DNA of 64,000 nucleotides from an uncultured Thermoanaerobaculia bacterium (lineage in GTDB: Bacteria > Acidobacteriota > Thermoanaerobaculia > Multivoradales > CAZRFU01), in contig CAZRFU010000014.1 of assembly GCA_964599475.1 (NCBI GenBank), positions 9,121 through 73,120 of the forward strand, read 5' to 3'. Under the pieces are notes generated by a model. The model searched no databases and was not told the origin of the DNA. It saw nothing but the letters and a program-made list of their open reading frames with translations. The position numbers and the translations under genes were made by a program. Shown here one piece after another: positions 1 to 9,478 of this stretch (positions are counted from its first letter, which is position 1; each line of letters opens with the position of its first letter).

Positions 1-1875
1 CGTCTCGACGACGCCCTGAAGGCCCACGAGTTGCTCGCCCAACGCCGATTGCTTGGCAACGACCAGCAGGTCTGCCTGCGTCGCGTCGATGGCTGCGAGC
101 CACGTGCTGGTGAATCCCTCCTGGTCGAGCAAGCGGGTCAGGCCAGCGCGCTCGCGGGCCGCCCACAGGTCTTCGGCACTCGGCACTGCTCGCACGCGGC
201 CGACCATGCCCCGCAATGGGAGAACGAGGTCGTTGGGCACCAAGACCGCGGTTCCCACCGGCGAGCCGAGCTGCCGCAGAGCCGCGGCCACCTCGCGGGC
301 CTCGCGCGAAACGCTCACGTCGTGTCGCATCTGGAGGCTGCGCCAAGCCGGCGGAATCCGTGGCAGGCTTGCCACCACGAGAGCAAGCATCGCCACCGCC
401 GGCACACCGCGCGCAAGCTCACGCAAGACCGGCAGCGAGGATCGCCTCAAACGCCATCGAATCGATCGCAACCCGGCGGCGACGATCAGCGGAAGCTGGA
501 TCGCCCAGGGAACGCGGAAATGGACCTCGGAGCCGATGACCGCGCGCGTCCAGGTCGGGGCGGGTTCGACCTGAGATGCCGCGAGAACGAGCGCCGACCC
601 CAAGGCCAACAGCCACCACGCCCGGTCTCGGGGCCCAATGGCCAACAAGAGACCTGCCACCGCAGCAGCCGCGAGCAGTCGTCGATTGCCATCGACCTGC
701 ACTGCTCGTGCCAACTTCGGATCGAACGGTCGACCTGCCAGCGGCTCCTGCTGTCGCGCATCGGCACGGTGCGAACGGATCTGCCACGCCTCGAGCGCTG
801 CAGCGGCCATGCCGATCGAGGCGACGCCGAGCATCATCAGCACCGTGGCCCGAGACCTTGCATTGCCCCACAGCGCCCGGCCTGCCAATGGTCCGAGGGA
901 CAGAGCCAGCCACACCACCACCATGGGGTTCAGCAGAAACCCGCTGATGGTGGCGATCACGAGGCCGGCGCCGCCCGAACGTCGGCGCCGCAACGCTCGC
1001 ACCCATGCCGCCAGCAGTGTGGGAAGGACCACCAACACCGCGAGTGTCTTGTCCTCGGTGATACGACTTACATGACGGACTCCATAGCCGATGCCTTCGG
1101 TGCGCAGGTCGGTGAGGACGAAGAGCAGCATCGCCAGCAACGCCCACGCGATCATCGCCAAACGCAGGCCAAGCGCACGCCCCAGGTCGACCAGGGCGAC
1201 GGCAGCCAAGAGGCCGGCTAGTGGCAGCAGTGAACGCTGCAGCCAAAAGGCGTCTCCTCCGGTCAGCGCGACCAACACGGCCAGGAGTTGTTCCCACCCA
1301 CTCTCCAGCACATCGCGCCAGCGCAAGTCCCGCACCCAGTCGACCCGGCCCTGAACCGCCGCGGCGATCCTCCAGAAGTCGTGCCCCTCGAAGTAACCCC
1401 GCTGCACCAGCAGACTCGGAACGGCAAGGCTCACGATGGCCACCGCGACCAGCGCGCGAGACATCGTGCCGGGCTCCGGCGGCGGGGGCATCGGAGCATC
1501 GCAGCCGGTCGACCACACCCGCCAGGCCAACACCGCCGCACCCGCGGCCGCGACCACCAGCACCGCCTGAATGCTCGCCACTCGCAGAGTGGTGGACAGC
1601 GCCAGGATCCCGATCCACCAAGCGTGACCCAGACAGAAGGCCCAGGGGCTCAGCATCATCAACCGCCCACGTCCGGCTGCGGCTGCATCCGAGCCCAGCA
1701 GCCGCGCGAGGCCGGCTCCCGGCAGCTGCACCACCACGAGCCAGACCACCACCAGCAGCGCCGCACGACCAGGACCGGGCTCGGAACCGGTGGCGATTGG
1801 TCCAGACAACCCCCGGCACAAGGCAAGCAGCGCGCCCACCAGAATGCCGAAGGCCTCGAGCCTGCCCCAGCTCAT
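1..1875 (-). CDS. Polytopic membrane protein, 3' end beyond window (partial); ATG at 1875 overlaps stop of upstream SGNH hydrolase gene (ATGA)
   Basis: Own translation of the third minus frame, which is not in the ORF track because there is no stop before the window edge. It reads MSWGRLEAFGILVGALLALC...MMLSPWAFCLGHAWWIGILAL...MSRALVAVAIVSLAVPSLLV... as a continuous hydrophobic multi-TM protein with GC3-rich codon usage and no in-frame stop down to position 1. Confidence 0.5.
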   Translation of the reverse strand, partial: MSWGRLEAFGILVGALLALCRGLSGPIATGSEPGPGRAALLVVVWLVVVQLPGAGLARLLGSDAAAAGRGRLMMLSPWAFCLGHAWWIGILALSTTLRVASIQAVLVVAAAGAAVLAWRVWSTGCDAPMPPPPEPGTMSRALVAVAIVSLAVPSLLVQRGYFEGHDFWRIAAAVQGRVDWVRDLRWRDVLESGWEQLLAVLVALTGGDAFWLQRSLLPLAGLLAAVALVDLGRALGLRLAMIAWALLAMLLFVLTDLRTEGIGYGVRHVSRITEDKTLAVLVVLPTLLAAWVRALRRRRSGGAGLVIATISGFLLNPMVVVWLALSLGPLAGRALWGNARSRATVLMMLGVASIGMAAAALEAWQIRSHRADARQQEPLAGRPFDPKLARAVQVDGNRRLLAAAAVAGLLLAIGPRDRAWWLLALGSALVLAASQVEPAPTWTRAVIGSEVHFRVPWAIQLPLIVAAGLRSIRWRLRRSSLPVLRELARGVPAVAMLALVVASLPRIPPAWRSLQMRHDVSVSREAREVAAALRQLGSPVGTAVLVPNDLVLPLRGMVGRVRAVPSAEDLWAARERAGLTRLLDQEGFTSTWLAAIDATQADLLVVAKQSALGEQLVGLQGVVET

Positions 1876-2912
1876 GGACCCGACACTGGCAGTGATGCGG
1901 CGGCCGCCGATCGCTGTCGCCAGCGGTCGATGGCCTCGTTGACGGGACCCTCGAGCGCTGCGGCAATCTGCGCGTGCCCGCGGGAGTTGGGGTGGAGATC
2001 GCCCGGGCTGACTCGCCAGTGGTGGGGTGGCTGGTCGGCAAAGGCGGACGCCAGATCGATGGCCGCACATCCTCGGGCCGTCGCAGCCGTCACCACCTGG
2101 TGCTGGAGGTCTGCGAGCTCGTAGACACCGCTGCGCCACAGACCATCAGCCAGCAGCGGAAGTGCCGCGACCAGCACCTCTGCGCCAACCGCGGTGGCCG
2201 TCGTCCGAATCGAGTCCAACCCGTGCTCCACGGTGGACCACGTTCTTGGATTTCGGTGCAGCGCGCGGTAGTAGTTTCCCCCGCCGTAGGCCTCGCGTTC
2301 CCATCCTGCCCGCGCCCGCAGCAGTGCCCGACCGAGTTTCCAGCCGATCCACCAGCGCTGATGCCGAGCAAAATGGGCGTGCAGCGGCTGGATCGGATCG
2401 ATCTCCGGGTCGTTGGGGTAGTAGGCGACCACCACCATGTCGGGAGACAAGTCGGGCAAACGGGCGCGCGACCAGAGGGCCTGGTCGAGAGTCGAGTACC
2501 CGCCAACCCCTGCGTTCAGGACTTCGACATCGATCCCTTCGATGGCTCGCCGCCGCGCCAAACTTCGTTCGAGCCGGTCGGCAAACAGGTCCCGTGCATT
2601 CTCCACTCCAAACCCGAACGCGACGGAGTCGCCGAGCAGCACCACCCGATAGCGGCTGAGCGCCCGCGGCTTGGGTTCATCGTCGCGCATCCCCAGAGAA
2701 TTCAGCTGGAAGTGGACTCGTCCCTTGGTGCCACGTGCGAGGGGAACGGTCTCGTACGCCAGGCCCGGAATCCGCGATGGACGATGGACCATATTTCGCC
2801 ACGAGCTCGGACGCCCGGCCTCCGGCTCCACATCCGTGACGCGCAGCACTACCTCGGCACTCAAGAGTGCAAAGACGGTCGCGCCACAGGCCAGCAGCAA
2901 TCGAGGCCACAT
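1872..2912 (-). CDS. SGNH/GDSL-family hydrolase with N-terminal signal/anchor (start trimmed from ORF 1872..3467 to Met186)
   Basis: GDSL block I (VVLLGDSVAFGFG), block II/III (NAGVGGYST) and block V (DLHPNSRGH, DxxH). An N-terminal hydrophobic segment MWPRLLLACGATVFALL. The upstream 185 codons of the ORF are Arg/Gly-rich shadow sequence. Confidence 0.75.
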   Translation of the reverse strand: MWPRLLLACGATVFALLSAEVVLRVTDVEPEAGRPSSWRNMVHRPSRIPGLAYETVPLARGTKGRVHFQLNSLGMRDDEPKPRALSRYRVVLLGDSVAFGFGVENARDLFADRLERSLARRRAIEGIDVEVLNAGVGGYSTLDQALWSRARLPDLSPDMVVVAYYPNDPEIDPIQPLHAHFARHQRWWIGWKLGRALLRARAGWEREAYGGGNYYRALHRNPRTWSTVEHGLDSIRTTATAVGAEVLVAALPLLADGLWRSGVYELADLQHQVVTAATARGCAAIDLASAFADQPPHHWRVSPGDLHPNSRGHAQIAAALEGPVNEAIDRWRQRSAAAASLPVSGP

Positions 2913-2963
2913 TTTCTTGCAGTCTACCGCGGCCAACGGGACCGGCGGCGATATGCTGGTCTC

Positions 2964-4235
2964 GTGAGCCAACCACAGGGTACCGTCAGTGGAGTCTCTG
3001 CGATCGTGCTCCTGGTCGTGTCCTTGGGGTGTCACGAGGCTCCCGACGAGCCAGCGGGTCCCCGAATCACGGCGCCGTCTGCAACCGCCCGCGCACCGGA
3101 ACGCGACTCGTTGCGCGGCGTGGCCACCCATGCCGCCGCAGACCTCGCCTCGGTGCCATACCTCGACGGCGCTCCCGATCGAGGAGAACGGGTCGGCGCT
3201 CGCATCCTCCGGCCCGAACAGGTTTCCCCCGGAGTCAATCTGTTTTGTTCTCGACAGCGGGGCGCGGCCAGCCTCTTCGCCAACGACGGCACGCAGCTCG
3301 CCAGCTACCGGTTCGAGCTTCGCGGGATCGAGCACTGCGAACTGCGCTCGGACGGGGGGATCGTTGGGTTGGCGTCCGATCGTGCCGTAATTGCGCTCGA
3401 CGCCGGAGGACAAGAGCTGTGGCGCTACCGTGGTGAGGTCCACCATGCCTTCTGGGTCGACGAGCACGATTCGGTCTTCGTGCTCGAGCGCAGGCCGATC
3501 TCACGGCCGACTCTGACGAACAGCTATCGCGTCTACGAAGACCTGGTGGTCGAGCTGGACGAAGGTGGCCACAAGGTCGACGAGGTCTCGCTCCTCGACA
3601 TCTTCGAGCGCTCTTCGTATCGGTTCCTCCTTCCCGGCCGCCTGGAGGCCTCGCCGGAAGCCCGCAGCAGCGGTTCGGAGCCGATCCTCGATCTGCTCCA
3701 CCCGAACCAGATCGAGGTCTTCGACGGTCGCCTTGCCGATCAATGGCCGGATTTCCAGCGTGGCAACTGGCTGGTCGGCTTTCGCAACGTCAATACCATC
3801 GCGGTGGTCGATCCGCGCGACCGGACGATCCGCTGGGTGTGGGGACCCGGCAACCTGACCTATCCTCACCACCCGAGCACCGTGGCCAACGGAAGGATCT
3901 TGGTCTTCGACAACGGCACCACCAGATCGCGTTTGGTCGAGGTCGATCCACGCACCCTGACGATCGGGTGGAGCTACGAACCGGCAGACGACTTCTTCAC
4001 CGCCACGCGGGGAAGTGCAGTACGTCTTGCCAACGGCAACACGCTCATCACCGAGTCGAACCGCGCGCGCGCCCGCGAGGTCACCAGCCAGGGCGACACC
4101 GTGTGGGAATGGCTCAACCCGGCCCGCCTCGAGACCGGGGAGCACGAGACGGTCTGGCGTCTGCTGCGCTATTCCCTGGAAGACCCGAGACTGGCGGCAT
4201 GGCAGGCCAACTCCGGTCGAAGGGGCTCGGGCTGA
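2964..4235 (+). CDS. Arylsulfotransferase (ASST)-family beta-propeller lipoprotein; GTG start inferred
   Basis: C-terminal two-thirds of ORF 1974..4235. Lipoprotein-like leader SGVSAIVLLVVSLGC, ASST-like HHPSTVANGRILVFDNG motifs and a propeller-like repeat pattern. The upstream part of the ORF is low-complexity shadow sequence. Confidence 0.6.
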   Translation: MSQPQGTVSGVSAIVLLVVSLGCHEAPDEPAGPRITAPSATARAPERDSLRGVATHAAADLASVPYLDGAPDRGERVGARILRPEQVSPGVNLFCSRQRGAASLFANDGTQLASYRFELRGIEHCELRSDGGIVGLASDRAVIALDAGGQELWRYRGEVHHAFWVDEHDSVFVLERRPISRPTLTNSYRVYEDLVVELDEGGHKVDEVSLLDIFERSSYRFLLPGRLEASPEARSSGSEPILDLLHPNQIEVFDGRLADQWPDFQRGNWLVGFRNVNTIAVVDPRDRTIRWVWGPGNLTYPHHPSTVANGRILVFDNGTTRSRLVEVDPRTLTIGWSYEPADDFFTATRGSAVRLANGNTLITESNRARAREVTSQGDTVWEWLNPARLETGEHETVWRLLRYSLEDPRLAAWQANSGRRGSG

Positions 4236-5883
4236 GATTGCCGCCAAGCCACAGCAGCTCGACACCTCGGATCGAGGTGTGGCGGAACTCGCGCCATACA
4301 CTCGAATCGATGAGCGCAATCTCCGCCGCCGGGTCGCTCTGGCAGGAGATGCGCAGCTTCGCCTGCGTCGGAGGATCGCTGGCGATATCCACCACCAGCT
4401 GCTGACCTCCGTTCGCGCCGGGTCGCGACTCGGTCGCGGTCACACGACCACCAGCTGCAGCCTCCACGGTTGGCGCCGGGCAGGATTGCGCAGCTCGCAC
4501 TACCACACGGTCGAGGCTGGCCGTGCAGCCAATCCATCGGGCTGCCGATGCATAGCGTGACGAGCAGGGGTCGGTCTTGGGGGCGACGGACCACAGGACC
4601 GTGAGCACCACCACCGCTCCTCCCAGCCACCACCGCGCCGCTCTCCCGGCGCACAACCAGCCCGCCGCGGCGACCGGCAGGGCGAGCACGAAGATGGGCA
4701 GGCCGAGGCGGGCCGAGGCGACGGTCGGCAGGAGCGGCACCAGCAGCGCGGCCCCGAGCACCACGAACGATCCTCGAACGGCTCGGTCGAGGCGGCCGAA
4801 GACGAGGGCTGAGAACGCACCGAGCCACACCGTGATCGCCATCGCGGCACTCCACCACGCCAGAATGACCGCCAAGGACGTTGGCATCGGAGGATACGCC
4901 ACGCGGACCACGTGCCTGACCCCATGACCTGTCGGGGCCAGGACGCGACCGGCGCGCTTTGCAGCGAGGATCAGGCTCGTCGTGGGAGCGCTCGACATGC
5001 GCTCGTACGCCGTGGCGGCTGCGGCACTGTCGAAGGACTCGCCGGTGGCCTCGGCTCGAGCCCTGACCGCGGCCACGAGCTCGCGACGCACGTCGCGGTC
5101 GCGCGAGTCCGGGACCTGCCCCAAGAGCAGGTTGTACCCGCCGGTGGTGCTCAGGGGCACCCAACGGCCTTCCTCGATCCGCAACCAGATGCACCACGGC
5201 GCCAGGACCAAAGCCGCCGTTGCGCCGCCCCACGCTGCCATCGACACGCCCCTGGGACCTCGCAGCAGCAGCAGTGGACCAACCAGCAGCAGCGGCAGCG
5301 CGGCGGCGCGCGTTGCCGCAGCAAGGCCAAGCGCCAGGCCGGCGGCGACAGCGTCGCGCCGCCGCCCTCCACGAGCCGCTACCCACCCGCGATCGAAGGC
5401 CACTACGATCAGGAGCAGGAACACACATTCGGACCAGAAGAGATGGGAAAGGGCCAGCAACTCGAAGGAAGCGAGATGAAAAGCTGCGGCGAGGTGACCG
5501 ACCCGGCGACCCAGCATCCTCCCAGCCCACAGGTACACCATGCCGGTCGTCGCTGCCGCGGCCAACACCGAAACCATACGGCCGCCGACAAGATCCCCGG
5601 TGATCCAGAACGCGAGCCCGAGCAGTGCCGGAAACAGCGGCGGGCGCCTGCCCTCGCCATAGAAGCCGGCAACCTGTTCCCGGCTCGGGAGCGACCCGGC
5701 GATCACCTGCTCCAGGGCATCGCGGGCGGCGAGGCCGGTCGCGACATAGCCGGCCTCGTCGAAGACCGGCCACACGGGCCCCCGTGCGAACATCACGAGG
5801 GCCGCAATCTTCACGGCCAGGGAAATCCCCATCCATCGGACCGCTTCGCGGCGCCGGGGAAGGCTCGCCGGATCAGGCTCCAT
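4114..5883 (-). CDS. GT-C fold membrane glycosyltransferase, ArnT/PMT (GT83/GT39-like) family
   Basis: N-terminal loop FDEAGYVATG (DE motif) followed by RPPLFPALLGLAF (the KPPLxYW-like motif) and more than 10 predicted TM helices. The 3' 120 nt overlap the convergent ASST gene. Confidence 0.75.
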   Translation of the reverse strand: MEPDPASLPRRREAVRWMGISLAVKIAALVMFARGPVWPVFDEAGYVATGLAARDALEQVIAGSLPSREQVAGFYGEGRRPPLFPALLGLAFWITGDLVGGRMVSVLAAAATTGMVYLWAGRMLGRRVGHLAAAFHLASFELLALSHLFWSECVFLLLIVVAFDRGWVAARGGRRRDAVAAGLALGLAAATRAAALPLLLVGPLLLLRGPRGVSMAAWGGATAALVLAPWCIWLRIEEGRWVPLSTTGGYNLLLGQVPDSRDRDVRRELVAAVRARAEATGESFDSAAAATAYERMSSAPTTSLILAAKRAGRVLAPTGHGVRHVVRVAYPPMPTSLAVILAWWSAAMAITVWLGAFSALVFGRLDRAVRGSFVVLGAALLVPLLPTVASARLGLPIFVLALPVAAAGWLCAGRAARWWLGGAVVVLTVLWSVAPKTDPCSSRYASAARWIGCTASLDRVVVRAAQSCPAPTVEAAAGGRVTATESRPGANGGQQLVVDIASDPPTQAKLRISCQSDPAAEIALIDSSVWREFRHTSIRGVELLWLGGNLSPSPFDRSWPAMPPVSGLPGNSAADARPSRAPRSRGGPG

Positions 5884-5974
5884 CGCGGCAGTTTAGTTCC
5901 AAACCCGCTACCGACGGCCGGGCGAAGCGCAGCCGCATCGGGTCCGGCCTTGATACGCTCCCTTCGGAGCCACC

Positions 5975-7312
5975 GTGCAGGACCGCCACGAGCCACTACC
6001 GATCGTCGGGTCCGATCCGGAGCGTCGCTTCGGGCTCGCTCGCGGCGCCGTGAACAATGCGTTTGCCCTGGGGCTGGGGCTCTCCACCAGCCTGGCCACC
6101 CAGATCGTGTTCTCGCGGCTCCTCGGTGCCGACGGCTACGGCCTTTGGACCATTGCCGTCAGCGTGTCGGCGGTGCTGTTGGCCGTCTCGAGTGGCGGAC
6201 TGGAGCTCGGCACGACGCGGGTTGTCGCCGGAGCCCTCGCACGCGGCCGCCACCGCACCGCTCGGCAGCTGTTCTACCAGGCGCGCAGACGTGCCGTCGC
6301 CGCGGGCCTCCTGGTGGCAGCGATCGCTGCCGTGATCCTCCTCGCCGATGTCTCGACGCTCGAGCCGGCACTCGAGGCGACCCTCCTGATCGCCCTGGTG
6401 GCGCTGGTCCTCGATGCGCCGGCAGCCGTCTGCGGCGCATGCATTCGTGCGCTCGGTCGCGTCTTCGAGGGGCGCTTCTACGAGCTGGCGCTGCGCCCTG
6501 CAATGGCTCTCGCAGTCGGGCTCACACTGGCCGCCATCGGCGTCCGGCTCGACGCGCCTCGCGTTCAGCTGGCGTGGACCGTCGCCTCCGCGTTGGTGCT
6601 CGGGTGGCTGATGGTTCGGGCCCGATTGCTCCTCGCAGACATCGTGCGATCGGCTCCGACGCCGCTCGACCAACGCGAGGAGGAACAGAGTTCCGCCACC
6701 CTGGCAGAGGTTGCCGGCCCACTGCGCGCCGTGACGATCCTGAGGATGCTCCTGGCCCACGCCGATGTGCTCGCCGTCGCAATCGCCCTCGGTCCCGTGG
6801 CGACGGCAAGCTACGCAGCGGCGAGGAAACTGGCCAAGTTGGCTGCGTATGGCCAAGTGTTGCTGGCCCCGACACTCGCCCCGAGGCTCGCATCGGATCA
6901 CGCCCAAGCTGGTCCTCCGGGCCTGCGCTCGACGATGCACGCCGCGCGTCGGTTCGCCTGCCTCTGGGGGGCTGGAGCCGTGGTGGTCTTGATCGTCGCA
7001 GGGCCCAATCTGCTCGCGCTCTGGGGACGTTCCTTCCTCGAGGCCTACCCGTCCCTGGTCGTGTTGGCGGTCGGCAACTTCGCCAGCGCCGCTGCCGGCC
7101 CTGCCGGTCTCGCCCTCAACATGGCGGGCCGACCCGGCAGCCACATCCCGTGGTTGGGGATGGCTCTCGCGTTTCAAGTCGGCACTCTCGCCGTGTTGCT
7201 CCCACTCTGGGGCACCCTCGGTGCAGCGATCGCCACCAGTGCCGCCACGATCTGTCTGAAGCTGGCGACGGATCGGCTGGTCCGGCGCCAGATCCTCGCG
7301 CCGCAGACATGA
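5975..7312 (+). CDS. wzx: Polysaccharide/O-antigen flippase, Wzx (MOP superfamily)
   Basis: 445 aa with about 12 TM segments. Gly/Ala-rich helices typical of polysaccharide biosynthesis protein family flippases. Sits in a glycan locus context. Confidence 0.75.
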   Translation: MQDRHEPLPIVGSDPERRFGLARGAVNNAFALGLGLSTSLATQIVFSRLLGADGYGLWTIAVSVSAVLLAVSSGGLELGTTRVVAGALARGRHRTARQLFYQARRRAVAAGLLVAAIAAVILLADVSTLEPALEATLLIALVALVLDAPAAVCGACIRALGRVFEGRFYELALRPAMALAVGLTLAAIGVRLDAPRVQLAWTVASALVLGWLMVRARLLLADIVRSAPTPLDQREEEQSSATLAEVAGPLRAVTILRMLLAHADVLAVAIALGPVATASYAAARKLAKLAAYGQVLLAPTLAPRLASDHAQAGPPGLRSTMHAARRFACLWGAGAVVVLIVAGPNLLALWGRSFLEAYPSLVVLAVGNFASAAAGPAGLALNMAGRPGSHIPWLGMALAFQVGTLAVLLPLWGTLGAAIATSAATICLKLATDRLVRRQILAPQT

Positions 7313-7433
7313 CGGGAGGTCGGGCAGGCCGCCAGCTGAGGTAGCCTTCGCCCATGGCACTGAGCGCCGTCCAGGCGACTCTCGTATCCACCAGGCGCCC
7401 GCGCGCTCGGCGACCCCACCTGGGTCGGCGATC

Positions 7434-8348
7434 ATGAAGGCCGACGGCGTTCCTCGCGTTGCCTACGTGATGGGAGTTGCCCGCAGCGGGTCCACCCTGG
7501 CTGCCAGCTTGCTCGGCAACGCTCCCGGTTGCGCCAACGTGGGTGAGCTGGCACGTCTTGCGCTGGTCTTCGGAGCTCCCGGGGAGCAAGGGCTTTGCGC
7601 CTGCCGTGAGCCGGTTGCCCTGTGCCCATTCTGGCGTGAGGTGGCACACCGCCTGCAGGCCCTCGGGATCGACGTGAGCGATCGCGACGCAGGCCAACGG
7701 CATCGACAGTACGAGCGACTGCGGCGAGTCTGGTCCCCATCGCCGCACGAGGTGGACGAGGACTACCGTCGACGGGAAAGTGCGCTCCTCGCCACCCTGG
7801 CGAATACCTGCGGCGCCGCCACGATCGTCGACTCGTCGAAGGCTCCTGGGCGGGCCGCGACCTTGTCGATGATCTGCGCGACGACTGTTGTCCATCTGCG
7901 GCGTGATCCCCGCGCGGTGGTGTGGTCGTTGCTCGGCGCTCGGAGTCGACGAACTGGGCGCACGAGGGCTGGAATCGGCGCAGTGGTGGTGAGCTCGCTC
8001 GAATGGCTCGTTGCCGAAACATCCTCTCGCCGGGTTGCGCGAACCCTCGGCGACTCGTGCATCGAGGTCCACTACGAAGAGCTGGTGGTGGCACCCGGTC
8101 GGGTGCTGCGACCCGTGTGGGCACGCCTCGAGATCGCCCCTCCACCTTGGGTCGACGATCCCGAGGACCGCGTCGTCGACCCGGGCCACATGGTTGCGGG
8201 CAACCGCTGGCGACTGGGTGGTCCAACACGGGTGTCGGCTCGAGAGCAATGGCGTACCGAGATGCCGACCTGGCAGGTGCGCTTAGTCGGTGCCCTCGCG
8301 CGACTAGCCCGCAACCGTCCTGAGCCGCGGCGAGTACCGTCCCAATGA
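7434..8348 (+). CDS. PAPS-dependent sulfotransferase family protein
   Basis: 5'-PSB P-loop GVARSGSTL near the N-terminus and a 3'-PB-like HLRRDPRAVVWS motif. Cytoplasmic, about 300 aa. Confidence 0.75.
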   Translation: MKADGVPRVAYVMGVARSGSTLAASLLGNAPGCANVGELARLALVFGAPGEQGLCACREPVALCPFWREVAHRLQALGIDVSDRDAGQRHRQYERLRRVWSPSPHEVDEDYRRRESALLATLANTCGAATIVDSSKAPGRAATLSMICATTVVHLRRDPRAVVWSLLGARSRRTGRTRAGIGAVVVSSLEWLVAETSSRRVARTLGDSCIEVHYEELVVAPGRVLRPVWARLEIAPPPWVDDPEDRVVDPGHMVAGNRWRLGGPTRVSAREQWRTEMPTWQVRLVGALARLARNRPEPRRVPSQ

Positions 8349-9478
8349 GGCCCTTTGCCCTCGTCCTTCCCTCCTTGCGCGGAGGCGGCGCCGAGCGCAA
8401 CACGTTGACTCTGGCACGACTCCTCGTCGAAGCCGGTCGTCCGGTCCATCTCGTCGTCGTCGACCCGCGCGGCGAGCTCGCTTCGGTGCTCCCGCCCGGC
8501 GTTCACCTGGTCCCCGTCGTTTCGGTTCCTGCCGCCGCTGACGCCGCGCCGCTCCGCGTGCGTTCAGCGGTTCCCGGCTTGCTTCGGTATCTTCGCGAGA
8601 CCAAGCCAGCGGTGGTCTGGTCGACCTTTGCACACACGCATGTTCTGCTCGTTGCCGCCACCAGGCTTCTCGGCCTCGACTCGCGTGTGGTCTTGCGACT
8701 GGGAACGAGCCTCGAGAAGACCAGTAGCGCACTGATACGCCGGCTCTTGCCCATGGCCCTCGAGCGCGGCCATGTGGTGTTCGCCAACTGCGCCGCCATC
8801 GCCCGAGAAGCCGAGACGGCCACGGGATGGCCGCCCGGAACGGTTCGGGTCGTCCCGAATCTTCTCGACCTCGAAGCACTCGACGCGGCCGCGCTGGCCA
8901 CGCCGGCCCCCAGCGGACTACCTGCCGGAGACGGCCCGCTCGTCGTGTGCGCCGGCAGGCTGGTCGAACAGAAGGACCCCCTGATGGCGTTCGCCGCGTT
9001 CGCTGCGCTCGAACGTGCCGACGTGCGACTGGTCTTTGCAGGCGTCGGTCCACTGCGCGCCGAGCTCGAGCGGATGATCGCCCGCAGCTGGGTGCGCGAC
9101 CGGGTCGCGGTCCTGGGCTTTCGAACCGACCTCCCAGCACTCCTTCGCTCTGCTGTCTGCCTCCTGCTGGCTTCGCGACACGAAGGCCTCGCCAACGTTC
9201 TGCTCGAAGCCTTGGCTCTTGGCTGCACCCCGGTCGTGACCGCCCACTTCGGCGGTTCAGCCGAGCTGCTGGATAGCGGCAGGTACGGGTACATCGCCAA
9301 TCGGCCGACCGCGGACGGGCTCGCCGACGCGCTGGCTCGCGCGCTCGCAGCCCCAATCGAACCGCACCTGCTGCGGGAACGTGCGGTGAAGATGGGTCTT
9401 GCCGAGACCTGGACCCACTATCAGCAGCTGCTGGAGCCCCTTGGGCATCCCGGCGACGAGGACGAACCGGCGTCATGA
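8345..9478 (+). CDS. Glycosyltransferase family 4 (GT-B, group 1)
   Basis: GT4 C-terminal EX7E-type region (VVCAGRLVEQKDP...). Start overlaps the sulfotransferase stop (ATGA). Confidence 0.85.
   Translation: MRPFALVLPSLRGGGAERNTLTLARLLVEAGRPVHLVVVDPRGELASVLPPGVHLVPVVSVPAAADAAPLRVRSAVPGLLRYLRETKPAVVWSTFAHTHVLLVAATRLLGLDSRVVLRLGTSLEKTSSALIRRLLPMALERGHVVFANCAAIAREAETATGWPPGTVRVVPNLLDLEALDAAALATPAPSGLPAGDGPLVVCAGRLVEQKDPLMAFAAFAALERADVRLVFAGVGPLRAELERMIARSWVRDRVAVLGFRTDLPALLRSAVCLLLASRHEGLANVLLEALALGCTPVVTAHFGGSAELLDSGRYGYIANRPTADGLADALARALAAPIEPHLLRERAVKMGLAETWTHYQQLLEPLGHPGDEDEPAS

Noticed and set aside
31-2124. Multiple long ORFs on both strands at the left edge (31..1221 +, 419..2068 -, 576..947 +, 638..1075 +, 1221..1895 +, 1288..2124 +)
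   Set aside because: All are Arg/Pro/Gly/Ala-rich low-complexity translations typical of shadow frames in 70% GC DNA. The only frame giving a hydrophobic, protein-like product is the unlisted third minus frame (feature 1..1875).
4169-7435. Alternative-frame ORFs 4169..5836 (-), 4912..7344 (+), 5996..7435 (-)
   Set aside because: They overlap the well-supported GT-C and Wzx genes and translate to Arg/Gly-rich nonsense.
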